From Nitrososphaerota archaeon (GTDB taxonomy: Archaea; Thermoproteota; Nitrososphaeria_A; Caldarchaeales; Calditenuaceae): 32,000 nt of DNA. The position numbers and the translations under genes are program-made. Below, in pieces: positions 1 to 7,600 of the stretch. Under the pieces are notes generated by a model. The model saw nothing but the letters and a program-made list of their open reading frames with translations, had not been told where the DNA came from and did not search any database. Position 1 is the stretch's first letter. Each line of letters opens with the position of its first letter. The DNA is taken from positions 1,275 through 33,274 of the forward strand of contig JAWBQR010000002.1 of the NCBI GenBank assembly GCA_038845265.1, given 5' to 3'.

Positions 1-307
1 TTATCATTCCTGAAGAAATCGCTAGGTAGGCCTCTCTTAGTGCTGCAGCTCCAGACGCATCTGCAGCCTCTATCCTAATGCTTGGAATACCTGTTAATCC
101 AAGATTTTCAGAGGCGAGGGCTCCGAGCTGTACCTGATGATGTAAGATTTCAGCACATACGTTTCCTATATATATTGCGTCTATTCTTTCTATTGCTGAG
201 TTTTTGATGGCTTCCAGTGCTGCAGTAGTCATTAAATAATCGATTCCTTTTTCCCAATGTTCCTCGACTTTGACGAGGCCAACCCCTTTTGTAAATACTC
301 GATTCAA
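1..307 (-). CDS. Thiolase-like protein (acetyl-CoA C-acetyltransferase family), N-terminal ~102 codons; the rest runs off the window start
   Basis: Hand translation of the minus strand from TTG at 307-305 (3 nt after the HMG-CoA synthase stop, AGGGTG SD-like motif about 7 nt upstream) to position 1: LNRVFTKGVGLVKVEEHWEKGIDYLMTTAALEAIKNSAIERIDAIYIGNVCAEILHHQVQLGALASENLGLTGIPSIRIEAADASGAAALREAYLAISSGMI. This resembles archaeal thiolase N-termini, including the acyl-enzyme signature region. HMGCS-thiolase is a classic archaeal gene pair. Confidence 0.7.
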   Translation of the reverse strand, partial: MNRVFTKGVGLVKVEEHWEKGIDYLMTTAALEAIKNSAIERIDAIYIGNVCAEILHHQVQLGALASENLGLTGIPSIRIEAADASGAAALREAYLAISSGMI

Positions 308-310
308 GCT

Positions 311-1366
311 CTACACCCTGATTTTGTCGCGATGCTTAAGATACCGCGCATAATCAATGTAGGTGGCTCTCTGAATGAATTTTGTGAGTAGCGGTGCCTT
401 GGCCCTCTTATCCTCGATGCCTTCAGATACCTTTAGTACAAAAGAATCGCTTCCAGCGCCTGATCCATATGAAGTTATAAGTATTCTCTGTCCTGGTTTT
501 GCCTCGTCTAGTACTTTGACTAGACCGAGTAATGAGCATGCGGAATAAGTATTACCTATAAAGTTGGATAGCATTCCTGCTTCTATCTTTTGGCTTGGGA
601 TTCCAAGCATCTTAGCAGCCACATAAGGAAACTTAGCGTTTGGTTGATGGAAGACAAAGTAATCAAAATCTGAGAGCTTATAGCCCTCCTCATCGAGTAG
701 CATCTTTACTGCAGAAATTGTATGATGAAAATATGCAGGTTCACCGGTAAACCTAGAGGCGTGTACAGGATATCTCTCGTAGTCTCTCCGCCAAAAGTCA
801 GGGGTGTCTGTCACATAGCTTTTGGATGCCTCGAACTCTGCGACTACGTTGTTGCCGGACTTCCCTATGACGAAGGCCGCTGCTCCTGCTGCTGCTGTGT
901 ATTCTAACGCATCGCCAGGTCTGCCTTGAGCTGTGTCGGAGCCTATTGCTAGACCGTACTCAATCATTCCAGAGCTTACTAGGCCTATAATCATTTGCAT
1001 TGCCTCGCTTCCTGCTTTGCAGGCGAACTCGAAGTCTGCTGAAAGTATTGAGGGTCCTATACCCAGTGCCTCTGCCACGACTGTTCCTGACGGTTTTACT
1101 GCGTAGGGATGAGATTCTGAGCCTACGTTTACTGCGCCTATCTTCTTTGGATCTATCTCCGCCCTAGCGATGGCGTACTTAGCGGCCTCTAAAGCCATCG
1201 TTATTGTGTCTTCATCAATATTGTTTACGGACTTTTCCTTTACGGGTAGCTCCCCCTCGCCTTTTCCCCAAATCCTAGCTATTTCTTCGGACTTTATTCT
1301 TAGTTTCGGGATATAGCCGCCATAACCGTGAATAGCGATTCCGGAAATTTTGACCAAGGTTCTCAT
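311..1366 (-). CDS. Hydroxymethylglutaryl-CoA synthase (archaeal mevalonate pathway)
   Basis: 351-aa ORF with HMGCS hallmarks by eye: GSESHPYAVKP (catalytic Glu region), FEFACKAGSEAM (nucleophile Cys), FHQPN (catalytic His), SYGSGAGSD near the C-terminus. Immediately followed by the thiolase-like gene. Confidence 0.88.
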   Translation of the reverse strand: MRTLVKISGIAIHGYGGYIPKLRIKSEEIARIWGKGEGELPVKEKSVNNIDEDTITMALEAAKYAIARAEIDPKKIGAVNVGSESHPYAVKPSGTVVAEALGIGPSILSADFEFACKAGSEAMQMIIGLVSSGMIEYGLAIGSDTAQGRPGDALEYTAAAGAAAFVIGKSGNNVVAEFEASKSYVTDTPDFWRRDYERYPVHASRFTGEPAYFHHTISAVKMLLDEEGYKLSDFDYFVFHQPNAKFPYVAAKMLGIPSQKIEAGMLSNFIGNTYSACSLLGLVKVLDEAKPGQRILITSYGSGAGSDSFVLKVSEGIEDKRAKAPLLTKFIQRATYIDYARYLKHRDKIRV

Positions 1367-1496
1367 CGTGCATTGTTTTTGGCACTATAAAAATTTTGGC
1401 TAATACGACATAGACATTTGTCGATGAAAAATTGGGACCAATTAAAGACAAAGCAAAGTAAATAATATTTAATGAGTTCTAATCAATGTATTCGAT

Positions 1497-1952
1497 ATGT
1501 CAATCTATCGGTTGGATAAGAGGGACCTTGAGATTTTAAAGGCACTTATGAGGGATGCGCGTAAAAGTTATTCTGAGCTTGCTGAAGAGCTCGGATTGCC
1601 AAGGAGTACTGTTCAGGAAAAGGTAAAAAGAATGTTGGAGAAAGGATACATTAAGAGTTTTACCGCAATTCCTGATTATTCTAAACTCGGAAAACCTGCG
1701 ACGGCTTTTGTACTCATATCATTCACACCCATGATGGATATTTCTCAGAGAGAACTTGCATCTATGATAGCTAAGATGGAGAATGTGTATGAGGTCCATT
1801 TGATAAGTGGTCAATGGGACATGATTCTAAAGGTACGGGCCGGCTCAACAGAGGAGGTCGGCCGGCTCGTTGTCGATAATCTTAGAGGCATAAAGAACAT
1901 AAGCAAGACCGAGACCTGTTTTGTGTTCCATACTGCTAAAGAGATACCATAA
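1497..1952 (+). CDS. Lrp/AsnC-family transcriptional regulator
   Basis: 151 aa. N-terminal HTH (LDKRDLEILKALMRDARKSYSELAEELGLPRSTVQEKVKRMLEKGYI) and a C-terminal AsnC/RAM-type ligand domain of typical length. Divergent from the HMGCS gene. Confidence 0.88.
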   Translation: MSIYRLDKRDLEILKALMRDARKSYSELAEELGLPRSTVQEKVKRMLEKGYIKSFTAIPDYSKLGKPATAFVLISFTPMMDISQRELASMIAKMENVYEVHLISGQWDMILKVRAGSTEEVGRLVVDNLRGIKNISKTETCFVFHTAKEIP

Positions 1953-1978
1953 AGCATCCAGACAATCATCAGGTCATC

Positions 1979-1996
1979 TCTACGTATTGACGTAGA
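1979..1996. repeat. Perfect 7-bp inverted repeat TCTACGT-attg-ACGTAGA between the lrp-like gene and cdvC; function unknown (hairpin or palindromic operator)
   Basis: Read directly from the sequence. It lies 27 nt after the Lrp stop and about 75 nt upstream of the cdvC ATG. Confidence 0.5.
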
Positions 1997-2070
1997 TATG
2001 GCTCATGGATTTCCCACCCGATAGGCGTTATAAACCGCTATTGGATAGCAAGGAATTGGTGGCCGCCTAG

Positions 2071-3180
2071 ATGAGTGAACTCGAAAAGATAGCAATAGCC
2101 AAAGCAAGGGAGGCCGTCATGCTGGATCAAAGAGGTTCTAAGGCTGAAGCGGTTGCTAAGTATCGCGAAGCTGTACAGATACTTTCACGTTTAATATCCC
2201 TTACTGATAGTCCCATTATTAAAGCTGTTTACAAAGAAAAACTGAGTAAGTACTTAGATAGATTAGCCGAATTAGGCGAGGAAAATTATTCTAAAGAAGG
2301 AATGAGTAGGGAAACAAGTTCGAAATATGAGAAGGAAACCCTCACGGTTGAGAGACCTCAAATCACTTGGTCAGACGTGATAGGACTCGATGACGCTAAG
2401 CAGGCAATTAGGGAGAGTATTGTGTATCCTAGGTTAAGGCCTGACCTATTTCCGCTTGGATGGCCTAACGGGATTCTTCTCTTCGGACCACCAGGCTGCG
2501 GTAAGACATTACTTGTAGGTGCTACCGCAAATGAAATTGATGCGACTCTATATACGCTTGACGCAGCTCAAGTCATGTCAAAATGGCTTGGGGAAAGTGA
2601 GAAGAATATTGCAGATCTATTCAATAAGGCTAGACGTGATGCTTCCACGGGAAAGCCCGTAATAATTTTTATAGACGAAGTTGACTCGCTTGCTACTATG
2701 TATCAAGTTGAGGTTGGAGGCGAGGCTAGGGCTAGGAATCAGCTGCTAAAGGAGATGGACGGTATAGCGTCAAAGAACAGACGGGACTATCTATACGTTA
2801 TAGCTGCCACAAATAAGCCATGGCTTCTTGATGAGCCATTTATAAGGCGATTCCAGAAACGTATATACGTCCGTCACCCAGACACCAACACAAGACGACT
2901 GATTCTAGAACATTATACAAAGAATCTTAAGCTTGATAGGGATGTAGACTTGTCTCTCCTCGCAAGCGAGACTGAGGGCTACTCGGCATCCGATCTATAT
3001 GCCATATGCCTGGATGCCCACATGGCCACAGTGAGAGAGATGTTTGAGAATGAGTTGAATGAGCCTCGTCCTATAAACTTAGCTGACTTCCGCGCGTCAT
3101 TAATAAAAAGGAAACCCTCTATAATTAAGGAGAACCTCAGGAAATACGAAGAATGGTATCAAAGATACGGTGCGGTTTGA
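2071..3180 (+). CDS. cdvC: Vps4-like AAA+ ATPase CdvC (MIT domain + single AAA module)
   Basis: 369 aa. N-terminal MIT-like helices (AIAKAREAVMLDQRGSKAEAVAKYREAVQIL...KYLDRLAEL), Walker A GPPGCGKT, Walker B IIFIDEVD, SRH region ATNKPWLLDEPFIRRF. Convergent with an ESCRT-III gene 7 nt away. Confidence 0.9.
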   Translation: MSELEKIAIAKAREAVMLDQRGSKAEAVAKYREAVQILSRLISLTDSPIIKAVYKEKLSKYLDRLAELGEENYSKEGMSRETSSKYEKETLTVERPQITWSDVIGLDDAKQAIRESIVYPRLRPDLFPLGWPNGILLFGPPGCGKTLLVGATANEIDATLYTLDAAQVMSKWLGESEKNIADLFNKARRDASTGKPVIIFIDEVDSLATMYQVEVGGEARARNQLLKEMDGIASKNRRDYLYVIAATNKPWLLDEPFIRRFQKRIYVRHPDTNTRRLILEHYTKNLKLDRDVDLSLLASETEGYSASDLYAICLDAHMATVREMFENELNEPRPINLADFRASLIKRKPSIIKENLRKYEEWYQRYGAV

Positions 3181-3187
3181 TTTCTAT

Positions 3188-3979
3188 TTAGCTGGCTTCC
3201 GCCTGGGCCACCTCAATCATCCCTTTTTCCTGGAGTCCCTGTATCGCTTCTTCTACCTGGTCTTCAGTAAGCCCGAGCGCTAATGAGCATTCCTTGATAT
3301 CGAATTCTTTATCTGGACTCATTGCACTTATGTAAGTGTATACCCTCCTCTCCGCCTCTGTGAGTATCGGCACATCTGGAAAGCTCTCCCTAAGCTTCAT
3401 CGCAACTATTCTTTTAGCATCCTCGAAAATCTTTGAGGCTTCATCAGATAATTCAGGAACGGCAATAGGCGACTCCGTTATTTCCGAGCTAGAAGTAGCC
3501 ATAAAGTTGTCTATTTGTTTAGAGAGGTCTTCTAGGCTTGAAGCCGCCTCGGGGGCTATCTTTCCCACCTCGCCGACTACTCTTCCTATTATCCCTTTAA
3601 GAGATGAGGCTAGTCCTATCACTTCTGAAAGCTCAGTAAGACTCTCAAGCCTAATCTTAACCTGCTCAAGTATTAGTTTACTGTTCAGTATAATTTTTGC
3701 GAGTCTACGCAGCTCGGCTATCTCGTCTGCGTATAGCTTAGCGTGTGCCTCATCACCTATTACAAGGGCGTCTACACATCTCTCAAAATACTCCTTCCCC
3801 CTAGCTTCAAGCTCTCTATATTTATTCTCCAATCTATGAACATGTGTCGATAAGGCAGTAAGCGACGTGCTCAGTTTTTCTTTAAATTCCTCCGGCTCCA
3901 TGCCTGTTTTTAGGTTTTTCAATTTAGCGCCTCCGTTACCCCTTATAATTTTAAAGGGATTAATACGCATGGTTACCAA
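3188..3979 (-). CDS. cdvB: ESCRT-III (Snf7-family) cell-division protein CdvB with C-terminal winged-helix-like segment
   Basis: 263 aa. Long charged helical hairpin typical of Snf7/Vps24 (EYFERCVDALVIGDEAHAKLYADEIAELRRLAKIILNSKLILEQVKIRLESL). C-terminal wH-like LTEAERRVYTYISAMSPDKEFDIKECSLALGLTEDQVEEAIQGLQEKGMIEV. Size and architecture resemble Sulfolobus CdvB, and it is adjacent to Vps4. The start could be the second Met (MRINPF). Confidence 0.75.
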   Translation of the reverse strand: MVTMRINPFKIIRGNGGAKLKNLKTGMEPEEFKEKLSTSLTALSTHVHRLENKYRELEARGKEYFERCVDALVIGDEAHAKLYADEIAELRRLAKIILNSKLILEQVKIRLESLTELSEVIGLASSLKGIIGRVVGEVGKIAPEAASSLEDLSKQIDNFMATSSSEITESPIAVPELSDEASKIFEDAKRIVAMKLRESFPDVPILTEAERRVYTYISAMSPDKEFDIKECSLALGLTEDQVEEAIQGLQEKGMIEVAQAEAS

Positions 3980-4120
3980 TTAGAATCGCAGGCACTCCTT
4001 AATATTGCTCTATCTATGCCTAATTATCTAAAGAGTATCACAGTATTTCTGAGCAAATATATTCATCCTTATTGCCATCAGAAAAGGTTTATCCACAGGC
4101 TTATAGCTAGATTCTACGGA

Positions 4121-4294
4121 ATGTCAAGCCGTAAACGCAGAGAAGCACCAATGCCAGCAACCGCAGCCGGATTGCTACGATTCTTCGAGGATGAGAGCAA
4201 AGGGATCAAGATACGCCCAGAACTAGCATTAGGATTAGGACTAGCACTAATGATATTCGTACTAGTCGCGAGATTCCTATTCCCGTTAAGCTAA
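4121..4294 (+). CDS. secG: Preprotein translocase subunit Sec61beta (archaeal SecG)
   Basis: I take the internal Met of ORF 4016..4294 as the start: MSSRKRREAPMPATAAGLLRFFEDESKGIKIRPELALGLGLALMIFVLVARFLFPLS (57 aa). Basic N-terminus, AGLxRFFxE motif and a single C-terminal TM helix are typical of Sec61beta. An AT-rich box (AAAAGGTTTATCC) lies about 30 nt upstream. Confidence 0.75.
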   Translation: MSSRKRREAPMPATAAGLLRFFEDESKGIKIRPELALGLGLALMIFVLVARFLFPLS

Positions 4295-4399
4295 CCGTAG
4301 ATCCAAGAGACGTAATCCCATAACCATAAATTGTTTTGAATTAGAAAAATACCAATATTGAATTTGGGTGACGATTAGTCATTCTAAACTGTTACTGTT

Positions 4400-4540
4400 C
4401 TATGCCGTTGGGGTTTCTGCACCAGCACCCTCGGCTGGCTTTTCCTCAGGTGCAGGTGCGGGCTTAGCGGCTTTCTTTGCAACCCTGCGTTTCTTTGTTG
4501 CTTTCTTCTTTTTCTTTGTTGCTTTCTTCTTTGCAGGCAT
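4400..4540 (-). CDS. Candidate small lysine-rich basic protein (46 aa), not in the supplied ORF track
   Basis: Hand translation: MPAKKKATKKKKKATKKRRVAKKAAKPAPAPEEKPAEGAGAETPTA-stop. ATG start with GTGAGGAAG about 8 nt upstream and an ATAATAAATA TATA-like box about 20-27 nt upstream. Contains a perfect 21-nt tandem repeat (4490-4531) encoding KKKATKK twice. Low-complexity sequence, so coding status is uncertain. Confidence 0.4.
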   Translation of the reverse strand: MPAKKKATKKKKKATKKRRVAKKAAKPAPAPEEKPAEGAGAETPTA

Positions 4541-4858
4541 GATTCTCTTCCTCACTTATTTATTATGAAAAAGTAAGTATAAGAACATTACGCTCAAAAA
4601 TGATTGTTATAAGGAAAAAACTAATGTAGAATTAAAGATGCACTCTATTCTCATACAGAACGAACTAATTGATTAGCTTTGGAGCTGGCATGTTTGCGGC
4701 TTAATAGATGTGGTGTGTCCCCGATATAAGTGGGTTATAGCCAAGGAAGTTGGAAAGGTACTATAAGCATTATAATGCAGGACGGATTATCGTAAAGTGC
4801 GGGCCCCTCAGTTAAGTATCCACGGAGGCCCTTTACATACGTCTCTTCAACCTAAGAC

Positions 4859-4921
4859 ATGAATTCTGATAGGCAATAAATGCGAAGAACCAAGCCGTAA
4901 TGCTTAAGAATTCATATTTTT
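4859..4921 (+). repeat. 9-bp perfect inverted repeat (ATGAATTCT ... AGAATTCAT, 39-nt spacer) followed by a T5 run; possible stem-loop or oligo-T termination signal of an unannotated transcript
   Basis: Arms at 4859-4867 and 4907-4915, T run at 4917-4921, read directly. Lies in the long ORF-free spacer upstream of glmS. Confidence 0.45.
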
Positions 4922-4956
4922 CGAACAATTATTCTACTTAGATTCTAATTTCAAGA

Positions 4957-4966
4957 ATTTATTGAT
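4957..4966 (+). promoter_or_regulatory. TATA-like box (AATTTATTGA) for glmS, implying a leaderless or very short-leader mRNA
   Basis: AT-rich box centred about 27 nt upstream of the glmS ATG (4988). No SD-like motif in between. Confidence 0.35.
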
Positions 4967-4987
4967 CCTTACTCATTATTTTACAGC

Positions 4988-6808
4988 ATGTGTGGCATTG
5001 TTGGATGTATAGTAGCAAAGGGCGATGTGGCGCCAATAATATTTGAAAGTCTAAAAAGACTGGAGTATAGGGGATATGACTCAGCAGGCATAGCCACAAT
5101 TAGCGACGGAAAGATACTGATAAGAAAGGATGCTGGGAAGCTCTCAGAGATCGACGCAAGGCTAGACCTAAAGGGATTGCCAGGAAACATTGGCATAGGG
5201 CATACTAGATGGGCAACTCACGGCGCCCCCAGCCAAGTTAATGCTCATCCTCATACAGATGGAAGCGGCACCATAGCGGTTGTCCATAACGGAATAATCG
5301 AAAACTTCATGGAGCTTAAACGTGAATTGATGGAGCTAAGACATACATTTAAATCCAAGACCGATACCGAGGTCGTTGCACACCTAATTCAGGAAATGAT
5401 GAGTAAAGGTCTAGACATTCTTCATGCGACGGCTGAAGCTCTCAAAAAGATTAAGGGCTCATACTCCCTAGCAATTATCCATTCTGGAACACCCGATAGA
5501 ATAATCCTTGCGAGAAACGAATCACCACTAATAATTGGGGTTGGTGAAGGTTTCATGTTCGCTGCTTCTGATGCTGCAGCCTTCTTGCCATACACAAATA
5601 AGGCCGTATACCTAGAAAATGGCGAGATAGCGGTCCTTAAGCTGGACGGCTATAAGATATACAAGATAGAGGATTTAAGAGCGATAAATAGGGCGGACGT
5701 AATTCTCGAATGGACTGTCGAGGAGGCGCAGAAAGCCGGCTTTCCGCATTATACATTAAAGGAGATACATGAGCAGGGACAGGCCGTCAGAGAGGCTCTT
5801 AGAGTGCAGCTTACCTACGCCGACCTTCTCGTAGAACTTCTTGACAGGGGAAGAGAAATATTCCTGCTGGGTGCTGGAACCTCTTACCATGCCTGCCTTG
5901 CTGGGTCATACATATTTTCAAAGCTTGCCCGGCTATCAGCGTATCCAGTTATCGCTTCAGAATTTGTAGAGAACTATGGCTCATCAATAGGTGTGGATAC
6001 AGTCATACTTGCGGTTAGCCAATCAGGTGAGACAATAGATGTGTTAAACGCCTTGGAATACGCTAGGCTCAGGGCGGCGACAATACTGGGGTTAACGAAC
6101 GTGGTTGGAAGCACCTTGACGAGAATTTCTAGAGCATATGTACTTCAGAATAGTGGTCCTGAAATAGGAGTTGCAGCGACAAAAACATTCACGTCTCAGT
6201 TAACTGTCCTTACATTACTTGCCCTGAGGCTCGCCCGTAAGCGGGGGAAAGTCTCCCAAGCAGATATGGATAGCCTTCAAGAAGACCTTTCAGGCCTTCC
6301 CCACATTGTCAACCAGGTAATAAAGGAGTCCGAACCAATCGTAAAGGAAATCGCCAAGCAATTAGTAAGTGCCAAATTGCTCCTATTCCTGGGCCGGGGG
6401 ATAAGCTACGCTACCGCACTTGAGGGGAGACTAAAAGTAATGGAGCTTAGTTATATCCCCTGCATAGCTTATCCGGCCGGGGAGAGTAAGCACGGCCCAA
6501 TCAGCATCGTTGAAGAGGGACTACCTGTATTCTTCGTAGCACCTAGGGATGAAACACGAAGATACATAATTGGTAATATAATGGAGATGAAGGCCAGAGG
6601 TGCGAGAACAATAATTACCGGAGAAAAAGAGGATCAGGAGCTTCAGGGACTTGCAGATATATATATACCAATGCCGCCGATAAATCCGTTATTATCACCA
6701 ATACTTTATGCGATTCCTTATCAGTTATTGGCTTATTACCTAGCATTAGAGAGAGGGAACGATCCAGACAAGCCGAGAAACCTCGCTAAGAGTGTGACGG
6801 TGCTGTAG
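4988..6808 (+). CDS. glmS: Glutamine--fructose-6-phosphate aminotransferase (isomerizing)
   Basis: 606 aa. N-terminal nucleophile MCGIVG (class II amidotransferase), two SIS domains (GAGTSYHA, SQSGETIDV, GRGISYATALEGRLKVMELSYI), C-terminal PRNLAKSVTV. Confidence 0.95.
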   Translation: MCGIVGCIVAKGDVAPIIFESLKRLEYRGYDSAGIATISDGKILIRKDAGKLSEIDARLDLKGLPGNIGIGHTRWATHGAPSQVNAHPHTDGSGTIAVVHNGIIENFMELKRELMELRHTFKSKTDTEVVAHLIQEMMSKGLDILHATAEALKKIKGSYSLAIIHSGTPDRIILARNESPLIIGVGEGFMFAASDAAAFLPYTNKAVYLENGEIAVLKLDGYKIYKIEDLRAINRADVILEWTVEEAQKAGFPHYTLKEIHEQGQAVREALRVQLTYADLLVELLDRGREIFLLGAGTSYHACLAGSYIFSKLARLSAYPVIASEFVENYGSSIGVDTVILAVSQSGETIDVLNALEYARLRAATILGLTNVVGSTLTRISRAYVLQNSGPEIGVAATKTFTSQLTVLTLLALRLARKRGKVSQADMDSLQEDLSGLPHIVNQVIKESEPIVKEIAKQLVSAKLLLFLGRGISYATALEGRLKVMELSYIPCIAYPAGESKHGPISIVEEGLPVFFVAPRDETRRYIIGNIMEMKARGARTIITGEKEDQELQGLADIYIPMPPINPLLSPILYAIPYQLLAYYLALERGNDPDKPRNLAKSVTVL

Positions 6809-6940
6809 CAATACCCGGTATATTAAGATAAAACCAAGATGAGACTTAGAGATGATATAGATATTCTTAATAGCTCTTGGATGGAATAACTTAAGAAGGA
6901 AGAGTTTATTGGTGGCTAGCACAGAGTAGCGTCGATTAAG

Positions 6941-7591
6941 ATGGCGGTCCTAGATGCCATGCAGACCATACAGATAATCGCAATCTTCGCATCAACAGTG
7001 ACTGTCATTCTCGCGATATACGCAATAATTTTAACAAGCCGCCTGATCAAGGAGGCAAGAACATACATTCTGGCTTCTCAGATAACGCCGATTAAACTAG
7101 GGACTAAGAGGGAACCACCATCTATCCCAGAGACGGAACGCAGCGAGCAGCAGAAAGTTATTGAGGCTCCTGTGAAGCCTATCCAACCAGAGCAGCAAGT
7201 GGCAACGCCACCACCCCCTACAGGGGAGGCCCAACCAGTGTTAGAAGCTCCAAGGCTTGATAAAATAGAAGACATACTCATCGTCTTTGGACTCGAAGGT
7301 ATAGTGATCTTCGATTCATTAGGGCAGGTAATCGAGTATGCTGGCAGGGTAGAGCCGGGCAAGGTTGCCGCCATCATGACTGAACTATATAACGTAGTAT
7401 TAATGAGCGGTGAATCTGCTTCTGGAATAACAATATGGGACGGCTCTCAGATAATAATCACTAGCATTGGTAAAATTGACACTAAGACGATTTACCTTTA
7501 TGCTAAAGCTCCGCTGGAGACTACTAAAGAAGACATCAATAGACTGACTGAAACTTGTAAGTATCTTTTAGAATCGATGACTAGGAAGTGA
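6941..7591 (+). CDS. Membrane-anchored protein with Pro-rich linker and C-terminal Roadblock/LC7-like domain
   Basis: 216 aa. One N-terminal TM helix (IQIIAIFASTVTVILAIYAIILT) and linker PVKPIQPEQQVATPPPPTGEAQPVLEAP. The C-terminal ~100 aa (ILIVFGLEGIVIFDSLGQVIEYAGRVEPGKVAAIMTEL...) align by eye with the downstream Roadblock protein. First gene of a 3-gene operon. Confidence 0.55.
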   Translation: MAVLDAMQTIQIIAIFASTVTVILAIYAIILTSRLIKEARTYILASQITPIKLGTKREPPSIPETERSEQQKVIEAPVKPIQPEQQVATPPPPTGEAQPVLEAPRLDKIEDILIVFGLEGIVIFDSLGQVIEYAGRVEPGKVAAIMTELYNVVLMSGESASGITIWDGSQIIITSIGKIDTKTIYLYAKAPLETTKEDINRLTETCKYLLESMTRK

Positions 7592-7600
7592 TGAGCTGTA

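Noticed and set aside
311-313. The HMGCS stop codon is in the same frame as the downstream thiolase-like ORF, raising the idea of a read-through fusion
   Set aside because: Sharing a frame has a one-in-three chance. A TTG start with an AGGGTG SD-like motif gives an ordinary coupled-gene explanation.
722-907. Short antisense ORFs inside strong genes. This one, plus 4981..5196, 7078..7377, 7945..8133, 14608..14802, 14989..15225, 16633..16866, 17119..17352, 20116..20388, 20153..20338, 21314..21514, 21879..22109, 22695..22895, 24002..24187, 26016..26207, 26852..27178, 27516..27812, 28621..28875
   Set aside because: Each is fully embedded antisense or out of frame in a longer ORF with recognisable family motifs. 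No independent start or promoter signals were noticed.
3336-3839. 167-aa plus-strand ORF, Ser/Leu-rich
   Set aside because: It lies entirely antisense to the well-supported cdvB gene. Its low-complexity Ser/Leu composition is the expected mirror of a Glu/Lys/Leu-rich helical gene.
4016-4120. N-terminal 35-codon extension of the Sec61beta ORF
   Set aside because: Sec61beta proteins are about 50-60 aa. The extension (MPNYLKSITVFLSKYIHPYCHQKRF...) covers the likely promoter and has no family resemblance. The internal ATG at 4121 was chosen.
4368-4568. 66-aa Phe/Ala-rich ORF (GTG start) listed in the ORF track
   Set aside because: It is the poly-Phe mirror image of the AAG/AAA-rich minus-strand ORF. 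That minus-strand lysine-rich ORF has an ATG, SD-like and TATA-like signals, so I favour it, although neither is proven.
4541-4987. Checked the long glmS-upstream spacer for a glmS ribozyme, tRNA, RNase P or SRP RNA motifs, C/D box sRNA, and origin-recognition-box repeats
   Set aside because: No conserved core motifs were found: no T-loop GTTCRAATC, no RNase P GGAAAGTCC-type P4, no RTGATGA/CTGA box pairs, no repeated ORB-like elements, and no cdc6/orc1 gene nearby. The region is kept only as an unclassified ncRNA candidate.
7588-7594. GTGATGA (C-box-like) at the junction of the two Roadblock genes
   Set aside because: It is formed by the stop codon region and start context of two coding genes. 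There is no matching D box or terminal stem.
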